Origin: Balanoglossus misakiensis
Taxonomy: Eukaryota > Animalia > Hemichordata
Assembly: GCA_040954595.2 (NCBI GenBank)
Contig: CM082593.2
Coordinates: 3,427,434-3,491,433 of the forward strand
Direction: 5' to 3'
DNA length: 64,000 nucleotides
Both the position numbers and the translations under genes were made by a program. The notes beneath the pieces were generated by a model. The model did no database searches, was not told the origin of the DNA, and saw only the letters and a program-made list of their open reading frames with translations. Shown here piece by piece: positions 54,801 through 64,000 of this stretch. The number at the start of each line of letters is the position of its first letter. The first letter of the stretch is position 1.

Positions 54801-55379
54801 TAGCATTCGATTTACGACATCCTAAGCCTTCAAGTACATGTAATTTTCTGGAAACTATTATCGGTAATGACCGTTAAAAGTCCATTTCATGAGGTGTCGA
54901 TTAGCGAGGTGCTATTATGACATCCTATAACCTTCACTCTTGCTATCATGGCGTTCGTCATTTTTAATGCCGAGTGGTCGCATGCATGTAATGCATAATG
55001 ATTATGATGTTACATTGTAACATCGCAGAACTGGGTAGTTAACGGAATATTGCACTTCGGGGACAGGTGAGTTAAAACGAAAGTCACTCGTATAAAAAAG
55101 ATCAGACTCTTCATTTTTATTTCGTGCTTCAACATTTAACACTCTTCTCATATATTTAACACCAGCATTGACGACGTATTTTTTTCCTTGACATTATTTA
55201 AGATTCTTGAACACTACAGAGCAACAGTGAAATTGTGTAATAAAATAGAACTCATTTTTTATGATGAAAAGAAATGGAAATTTCAGGTATTTAAATCATT
55301 AAACATATTTAACCGAGCACATTATCAACACCCATGCTTGAGACTAGGAAATTCCGCCTGGGTAACGTCAACGTGGTCT

Positions 55380-55405
55380 CTACACTACGCATGTCACCGC
55401 TTCAC
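55380..55405 (-). CDS. Solute-binding protein family 3-like gene, short terminal exon (G)EAVTCVV*
   Basis: Strong acceptor tttttttctttgctcttcag|, phase 1 compatible, TAG at 55382-55380; a minus-strand AATAAA lies at 55116-55121. Confidence 0.7.
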
Positions 55406-55715
55406 CTGAAGAGCAAAGAAAAAAAATCAGTAGGATAACTGTGCGACGTCTACGGTCAGTATGTTTATATTCATTAAAGTTTCGAATAAATTAGATTTAT
55501 ATCAACTTGCTATGCAGGTTTAATGTTTAAATTGGAATAATTTGCCAGGGTGTGTGTATACATCGCCGACAATGCGATGACGCCATATTTATTTCTACGC
55601 GCTTGTCAGTCAATAGTGAGTTTTTATATTCACGTCGAACATGCATGGTTATGGTTACTTCCGCTTGATAACCAGGTATCCCACCTGTACAATTTTAATA
55701 ACTAACAAAACTTAC

Positions 55716-55938
55716 CATGTTTTGGCTCAGCTGACTGGCATATTTTGTAGTATTGGCCGTTTTCTTTGATGCGTTCAAAGGCAGCGTTGAACCATTCTAC
55801 TGCGGGGCTTCCCTTCTTAAACATGGTATGTAGGCTGACGTCTCTTTGCTCAGAACCGCATGTTATACCCGGGCCAATCGTCACCAGATCTTGAACGTGA
55901 CCTGGCAAAGACTTCGCCGATATAAAGATAGCGTCCAG
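55716..55938 (-). CDS. Solute-binding protein family 3-like gene, penultimate exon
   Basis: Acceptor ttttccccgcag|; encodes LDAIFISAKS...HTMFKKGSPAVEWFNAAFERIKENGQYYKICQSAEPKH, matching the SBP3 C-terminal pattern (rKgs.l...fN.al..ik..G.y..i); phase-1 donor G|GTAAGT. Confidence 0.8.
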
Positions 55939-56168
55939 CTGCGGGGAAAACATTATTACCGTTCGATTCTACGTGCTTGGTATATGTATATTATATGTGG
56001 GCCCTCCGCCTTTACTTTGTGTATTGGGTCAAGCTAGTTGAAATCAGCTGGAGAGATAGGCGGCGTCGTCGTTACCTTTGGTTAGTCTCTGCTAATGATT
56101 ATGTATCGATATTCAACCAAAAACCTATTAATCACTGGATGATGTCAAAGTGCGTTTCGAAGACAAAC

Positions 56169-56308
56169 CTCTTTGTTTCGGAGAAGAGCCACGAGAGAAG
56201 GTACGTCCTTTAAATAGATCTTATTTCCTGGGGCCAAGGAGTCTATGTTCCCAACACGACCTTCTCGTGATATACACTGTGCATGCGTCGACCATCCACT
56301 CAGAAAGC
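56169..56308 (-). CDS. Solute-binding protein family 3 (PBP2; TcyA/ArtP-like) gene, internal exon
   Basis: Acceptor ttttttcatcatgctag| (phase 1); encodes (G)FLSGWSTHAQCISREGRVGNIDSLAPGNKIYLKDVPSLVALLRNKE; phase-0 donor GAG|GTTTGT. It splices in frame to the next exon to give the LxxLxxxEvDAif motif of SBP3 proteins. Confidence 0.75.
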
Positions 56309-56456
56309 CTAGCATGATGAAAAAAATATTTAGGAGCTGTTGGTCTTAATTCACAAGCTCATGGATTTTAGCTCATGAAAATTATCAAAAAAGTGACCAT
56401 TTTCCGACTTTGCGGATTTTAGTGTTTTTGTCATTTCTGGACATTTATATTGTGTG

Positions 56457-59400
56457 ATTTTCATGAGCTATAACCCATGGTTTTTATCAAAAAATGACCA
56501 AATTTTGAAAATTCACGAAGTCGAAAAATTGACATTTCTGGATGATTTTCATGAGCTATAACCCATGGTTTTTATCAAAAAATCACCAAATTTTGAAAAT
56601 CCGCGAAGTCGAAAAATTGACATTTCTGGATGATTTTCATGAGCTATAACCCATGGTTTTTATCAAAAAATCACCAAATTTTGAAATTCCGCGAAGTCGA
56701 AAAATTGACATTTCTGGATGATTTTCATGAGCTATAACCCATGGTTTTTATCAAAAAATGACCAAATTTTGAAAATTCGCGAAGTCGAAAAATTGACATT
56801 TCTGGATGATTTTCATGAGATATAACCCATGGTTTTTATCAAAAAATGACCAAATTTTGAAAATCCGCGAAGTCGAAAAATTGACATTTCTGGATGATTT
56901 TCATGAGCTATAACCCATGGTTTTTATCAAAAAATCACAAAATTTTGAAAATCCGCGAAGTCGAAAAATTGACATTTCTGGATGATTTTCATGAGCTATA
57001 ACCCATGGTTTTTATCAAAAAATCACCAAATTTTGAAATTCCGCGAAGTCGAAAAATTGACATTTCTGGATGATTTTCATGAGCTATAACCCATGGTTTT
57101 TATCAAAAAATGACCAAATTTTGAAAATTCGCGAAGTCGAAAAATTGACATTTCTGGATGATTTTCATGAGATATAACCCATGGTTTTTATCAAAAAATG
57201 ACCAAATTTTGAAAATCCGCGAAGTCGAAAAATTGACATTTCTGGATGATTTTCATGAGCTATAACCCATGGTTTTTATCAAAAAATCACCAAATTTTGA
57301 AAATCCGCGAAGTCGAAAAATTGACATTTCTGGATGATTTTCATGAGCTATAACCCATGGTTTTTATCAAAAAATCACCAAATTTTGAAATTCCGCGAAG
57401 TCGAAAAATTGACATTTCTGGATGATTTTCATGAGCTATAACCCATGGTTTTTATCAAAAAACCACCAAATTTTGAAAATCCGCGAAGTCGAAAAATTGA
57501 CATTTCTGGATGATTTTCATGAGCTATAACCCATGGTTTTTATCAAAAAATCACCAAATTTTGAAAATCCGCGAAGTCGAAAAATTGACATTTCTGGATG
57601 ATTTTCATGGGCTATAACCCATGGTTTTTATCAAAAAATCACCAAATTTTGAAAATCCGCGAAGTCGAAAAATTGACATTTCTGGATGATTTTCATGGGC
57701 TATAACCCATGGTTTTTATCAAAAAATGACCAAATTTTGAAAATTCGCGAAGTCGAAAAATTGACATTTCTGGATGATTTTCATGGGCTATAACCCATGG
57801 TTTTTATCAAAAAATGACCAAATTTTGAAAATCCGCGAAGTCGAAAAATTGACATTTCTGGATGATTTTCATGAGCTATAACCCATGGTTTTATCAAAAA
57901 ATCACCAAATTTTGAAAATCCGCGAAGTCGAAAAATTGACATTTCTGGATGATTTTCATGGGCTATAACCCATGGTTTTTATCAAAAAATCACCAAATTT
58001 TGAAAATCCGCGAAGTCGAAAAATTGACATTTCTGGATGATTTTCATGGGCTATAACCCATGGTTTTTATCAAAAAATGACCAAAATTTTGAAAATTCGC
58101 GAAGTCGAAAAATTGACATTTCTGGATGATTTTCATGGGCTATAACCCATGGTTTTTATCAAAAAATGACCAAATTTTGAAAATTCGCGAAGTCGAAAAA
58201 TTGACATTTCTGGATGATTTTCATGGGCTATAACCCATGGTTTTTATCAAAAAATCACCAAATTTTGAAAATCCGCGAAGTCGAAAAATTGACATTTCTG
58301 GATGATTTTCATGAGCTATAACCCATGGTTTTTATCAAAAAATCACCAAATTTTGAAAATCCGCGAAGTCGAAAAATTGACATTTCTGGATGATTTTCAT
58401 GAGCTATAACCCATGGTTTTTATCAAAAAATCACCAAATTTTGAAAATACGCGAAGTCGAAGAATTGACATTTCTGGATGATTTTCATGAGCTATAACCC
58501 ATGGTTTTTATCAAAAAATCACCAAATTTTGAAATTCCGCGAAGTCGAAAAATTGACATTTCTGGATGATTTTCATGAGCTATAACCCATGGTTTTTATC
58601 AAAAAATCACCAAATTTTGAAAATTCGCGAAGTCGAAAAATTGACACTTCTGGATGATTTTCATGGGCTATAACCCATGGTTTTTATCAAAAAATGACCA
58701 AAATTTTGAAAAATCGCGAAGTCGAAAAATTGACATTTCTGGATGATTTCCATGAGCTATAACCCATGGTTTTTATCAAAAAATCACCAAATTTTGAAAA
58801 TCCGCAAAGTCGAAACATTGACATTTCTGGATGATTTTCATGAGCTATAACCCATGGTTTTTATCAAAAAATCACCAAATTTTGAAATTCCGCGATGTCG
58901 AAAAATTGACATTTCTGGATGATTTTCATGGACTATAACCCATGGTTTTTATCAAAAAATCACCAAATTTTGAAATTCCGCGAAGTCGAAAAATTGACAT
59001 TTCTGGATGATTTTCATGGGCTATAACCCATGGTTTTTATCAAAAAATCACCAAATTTTGAAATTCCGCGAAGTCGAAAAATTGACATTTCTGGATGATT
59101 TTCATGGGCTATAACCCATGGTTTTTATCAAAAAATCACCAAATTTTGAAATTTCGCGAAGTCGAAAAATTGACATTTCTGGATGATTTTCATGAGCTAT
59201 AACCCATGGTTTTATCAAAAAATCACCAAATTTTGAAAATCCGCGAAGTCGAAAAATTGACATTTCTGGATGATTTTCATGGGCTATAACCCATGGTTTT
59301 TATCAAAAAATCACCAAATTTTGAAAATCCGCGAAGTCGAAAAATTGACATTTCTGGATGATTTTCATGGGCTATAACCCATGGTTTTTGTCGAAAAACC

Positions 59401-62400
59401 ACCAAATTTTGAAAATTCGCGAAGTCGAAAAATTGACATTTCTGGATGATTTTCATGGGCTATAACCCATGGTTTTTATCAAAAAATCACCAAATTTTGA
59501 AAATCCGCGAAGTCGAAAAATTGACATTTCTGGATGATTTTCATGAGCTATAACCCATGGTTTTTTTTCAAAAAATCACCAAATTTTGAAAATCCGCGAA
59601 GTCGAAAAATTGACATTTCTGGATGATTTTCATGAGCTATAACCCATGGTTTTTATCAAAAAACCACCAAATTTTGAAAATCCGCGAAGTCGAAAAATTG
59701 ACATTTCTGGATGATTTTCATGGGCTATAACCCATGGTTTTTATCAAAAAATCACCAAATTTTGAAAATCCGCGAAGTCGAAAAATTGACATTTCTGGAT
59801 GATTTTCATGAGCTATAACCCATGGTTTTTATCAAAAAATCACCAAATTTTCAAAATCCGCGAAGTCGAAAAATTGACATTTCTGGATGATTTTCATGAG
59901 CTATAACCCATGGTTTTTATCAAAAAATCACCAAATTTTGAAAATCCGCGAAGTCGAAAAATTGACATTTCTGGATGATTTTCATGAGCTATAACCAATG
60001 GTTTTTATCAAAAAATCACCAAATTTTGAAAATCCGCGAAGTCGAAAAATGGACATTTCTGGATGATTTTCATGAGCTATAACCCATGGTTTTTATCAAA
60101 AAATCACCAAATTTTGAAAATCCGCGAAGTCGAAAAATGGACATTTCTGGATGATTTTCATGAGCTATAACCCATGGTTTTTATCAAAAAATGACCAAAT
60201 TTTGAAAATCCGCGAAGTCGAAAAATTGACATTTCTGGATGATTTTCATGAGCTATAACCCATGGTTTTTATCAAAAAATCACCAAATTTTGAAAATCCT
60301 CGAAGTCGAAAAATTGACATTTCTGGATGATTTTCATGAGCTATAACCCATGGTTTTTATCAAAAAATCACCAAATTTTGAAAATCCGCGAAGTCGAAAA
60401 ATTGACATTTCTGGATGATTTTCATGGGCTATAACCCATGGTTTTTATCAAAAAATCACCAAATTTTGAAATTCGGCGAAGTCGAAAAATTGACATTTCT
60501 GGATGATTTTCATGGGCTATAACCCATGGTTTTTATCAAAAAATCACCAAATTTTGAAATTCCGCGAAGTCGAAAAATTGACATTTCTGGATGATTTTCA
60601 TGAGCTATAACCCATGGTTTTTATCAAAAAATCACCAAATTTTGAAAATCCGCGAAGTCGAAAAATTGACATTTCTGGACTATTTTCATGGGCTATAACC
60701 CATGGTTTTTGTCGAAAAACCACCAAATTTTGAAAATCCGCGAAGTCGAAAAATTGACATTTCTGGACGATTTTCATGGGCTATAACCAATGGTTTTTGT
60801 CGAAAAACCACCAAATTTTGAAAATCCGCGAAGTCGAAAAATTGACATTTCTGGATGATTTTCATGAGCTATAACCCATGGTTTTTATCAAAAAATCACC
60901 AAATTTTCAAAATCCGCGAAGTCGAAAAATTGACATTTCTGGATGATTTTCATGAGCTATAACCCATGGTTTTTATCAAAAAATCACCAAATTTTGAAAA
61001 TCCGCGAAGTCGAAAAATTGACATTTCTGGATGATTTTCATGAGCTATAACCAATGGTTTTTATCAAAAAATCACCAAATTTTGAAAATCCGCGAAGTCG
61101 AAAAATGGACATTTCTGGATGATTTTCATGAGCTATAACCCATGGTTTTTATCAAAAAATCACCAAATTTTGAAAATCCGCGAAGTCGAAAAATGGACAT
61201 TTCTGGATGATTTTCATGAGCTATAACCCATGGTTTTTATCAAAAAATCACCAAATTTTGAAAATCCGCGAAGTCGAAAAATGGACATTTCTGGATGATT
61301 TTCATGAGCTATAACCCATGGTTTTTATCAAAAAATGACCAAATTTTGAAAATCCGCGAAGTCGAAAAATTGACATTTCTGGATGATTTTCATGAGCTAT
61401 AACCCATGGTTTTTATCAAAAAATCACCAAATTTTGAAAATCCTCGAAGTCGAAAAATTGACATTTCTGGATGATTTTCATGAGCTATAACCCATGGTTT
61501 TTATCAAAAAATCACCAAATTTTGAAAATCCGCGAAGTCGAAAAATTGACATTTCTGGATGATTTTCATGGGCTATAACCCATGGTTTTTATCAAAAAAT
61601 CACCAAATTTTGAAATTCCGCGAAGTCGAAAAATTGACATTTCTGGATGATTTTCATGGGCTATAACCCATGGTTTTTATCAAAAAATCACCAAATTTTG
61701 AAATTCCGCGAAGTCGAAAAATTGACATTTCTGGATGATTTTCATGAGCTATAACCCATGGTTTTTATCAAAAAATCACCAAATTTTGAAAATCCGCGAA
61801 GTCGAAAAATTGACATTTCTGGACTATTTTCATGGGCTATAACCCATGGTTTTTGTCGAAAAACCACCAAATTTTGAAAATCCGCGAAGTCGAAAAATTG
61901 ACATTTCTGGACGATTTTCATGGGCTATAACCAATGGTTTTTGTCGAAAAACCACCAAATTTTGAAAATCCGCGAAGTCGAAAAATTGACATTTCTGGAT
62001 GATTTTCATGGGCTATAACCCATGGTTTTTGTCGAAAAACCACCAAATTTTGAAAATCCGCGAAGTCGAAAAATTGACATTTCTGGATGATTTTCATGAG
62101 CTATAACCCATGGTTTTTATCAAAAAATCACCAAATTTTGAAAATCCGCGAAGTCGAAAAATTGACATTTCTGGATGATTTTCATGGGCTATAACCCATG
62201 GTTTTTATCAAAAAATCACCAAATTTTGAAAATCATCGAAGTCGAAAAATTGACATTTTTGGATGATTTTCATGAGCTATAACCCATGGTTTTTGTCGAA
62301 AAATCACCAAATTTTGAAAACCCGCGAAGTCGAAAAATTGACATTTCTGGATGATTTTCATGGGCTATAACCCATGGTTTTTATCAAAAAATCACCAAAT

Positions 62401-64000
62401 TTTGAAATTCCGCGAAGTCGAAAAATTGACATTTCTGGATGATTTTCATGAGCTATAACCCATGGTTTTTATCAAAAAATCACCAAATTTTGAAAATCCG
62501 CGAAGTCGAAAAATTGACATTTCTGGATGATTTTCATGGGCTATAACCCATGGTTTTTGTCGAAAAACCACCAAATTTTGAAAATCCGCGAAGTCGAAAA
62601 ATTGACATTTCTGGATGATTTTCATGGGCTATAACCCATGGTTTTTGTCGAAAAACCACCAAATTTTGAAAATCCGCGAAGTCGAAAAATTGACATTTCT
62701 GGATGATTTTCATGAGCTATAAACCATGGTTTTTATCAAAAAATCACCAAATTTTGAAAATCCGCGAAGTCGAAAAATTGACATTTCTGGATGATTTTCA
62801 TGGGCTATAACCCATGGTTTTTGTCGAAAAACCACCAAATTTTGAAAATCCGCGAAGTCGAAAAATTGACATTTCTGGATGATTTTCATGGGCTATAACC
62901 CATGGTTTTTGTCGAAAAACCACCAAATTTTGAAAATCCGCGAAGTCGAAAAATTGACATTTCTGGATGATTTTCATGGGCTATAACCCATGGTTTTTGT
63001 CGAAAAACCACCAAATTTTGAAAATTCGCGAAGTCGAAAAATTGACATTTCTGGATGATTTTCATGGGCTATAACCCATGGTTTTTGTCGAAAAACCACC
63101 AAATTTTGAAAATTCGCGAAGTCGAAAAATTGACATTTCTGGATGATTTTCATGGGCTATAACCCATGGTTTTTAACAAAAAATTACCAAATTTTGAAAA
63201 TCCGCGAAGTCGAAAAATTGACATTTCTGGATGATTTTCATGGGCTATAACCCATGGTTTTTGTCGAAAAACCACCAAATTTTGAAAATTCGCGAAGTCG
63301 TAAAATTGACATTTCTGGATGATTTTCATGAGCTATAACCCATGGTTTTTATCAAAAAATGACCAAATTTTGAAAATCCGCGAAGTCGAAAAATTGACAT
63401 TTCTGGATGATTTTCATGAGCTATAACCCATGGTTTTTATCAAAAAATGACCAAATTTTGAAAATCCGCGAAGTCGAAAAATTGACATTTCTGGATGATT
63501 TTCATGAGCTATAAACCATGGTTTTTATCAAAAAATCACCAAATTTTGAAAATCCGCGAAGTCGAAAAATTGACATTTCTGGATGATTTTCATGGGCTAT
63601 AACCCATGGTTTTTGTCGAAAAACCACCAAATTTTGAAAATCCGCGAAGTCGAAAAATTGACATTTCTGGATGATTTTCATGGGCTATAACCCATGGTTT
63701 TTGTCGAAAAACCACCAAATTTTGAAAATCCGCGAAGTCGAAAAATTGACATTTCTGGATGATTTTCATGGGCTATAACCCATGGTTTTTGTCGAAAAAC
63801 CACCAAATTTTGAAAATTCGCGAAGTCGTAAAATTGACATTTCTGGATGATTTTCATGAGCTATAACCCATGGTTTTTATCAAAAAATGACCAAATTTTG
63901 AAAATCCGCGAAGTCGAAAAATTGACATTTCTGGATGATTTTCATGAGCTATAACCCATGGTTTTTATCAAAAAATGACCAAATTTTGAAAATCCGCGAA
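56457..64000. repeat. 88-bp AT-rich tandem satellite, about 86 copies, continuing beyond the window end
   Basis: Consensus TTTTCATGAGCTATAACCCATGGTTTTTATCAAAAAATCACCAAATTTTGAAAATCCGCGAAGTCGAAAAATTGACATTTCTGGATGA. The period was checked from marker spacing (GAGCTATAAC at 56641, 57081 and 57521 = 5x88 steps). Monomers are near-identical. Confidence 0.98.

Noticed and set aside
56457-64000. CRISPR array or coding repeat
   Set aside because: There are no unique spacers, the whole 88-bp unit is repeated, the period is not a multiple of 3, no ORFs or cas genes are present, and the context is eukaryotic.

Overview
Eukaryotic (animal) genomic DNA at roughly 38-40% GC with spliced genes. The gene content and repeats suggest an invertebrate deuterostome such as a hemichordate, echinoderm or lancelet (inference). 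Almost all ORFs in the supplied track are spurious. Three spliced genes are supported. (1) The first coding exon of a TBATA/C4orf17 (SPATIAL-domain)-like gene on the minus strand (4001-4229); the rest of the gene was not located and probably lies left of the window. (2) An apparently complete 5-exon synaptotagmin-15-like tandem C2 gene on the plus strand (41085-51980, 464 aa by my reconstruction), with no transmembrane helix, an N-terminal Cys/basic cluster and degenerate Ca2+ ligands. (3) The last three exons of an intron-containing, bacterial-type solute-binding protein (SBP family 3/PBP2)-like gene on the minus strand (55380-56308). Its upstream intron is filled by an 88-bp tandem satellite of at least 7.5 kb (about 86 copies) that has higher-order structure and an inverted boundary unit. 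The ~35 kb between the first two genes has no recognisable coding sequence. It is CpG-rich, strongly enriched in CRE (TGACGTCA) sites, and carries several RFX X-box-like sites and MITE-like elements. I found no prokaryote-type system, CRISPR array, tRNA or rRNA. Protein family assignments come from remembered motifs, not database searches.
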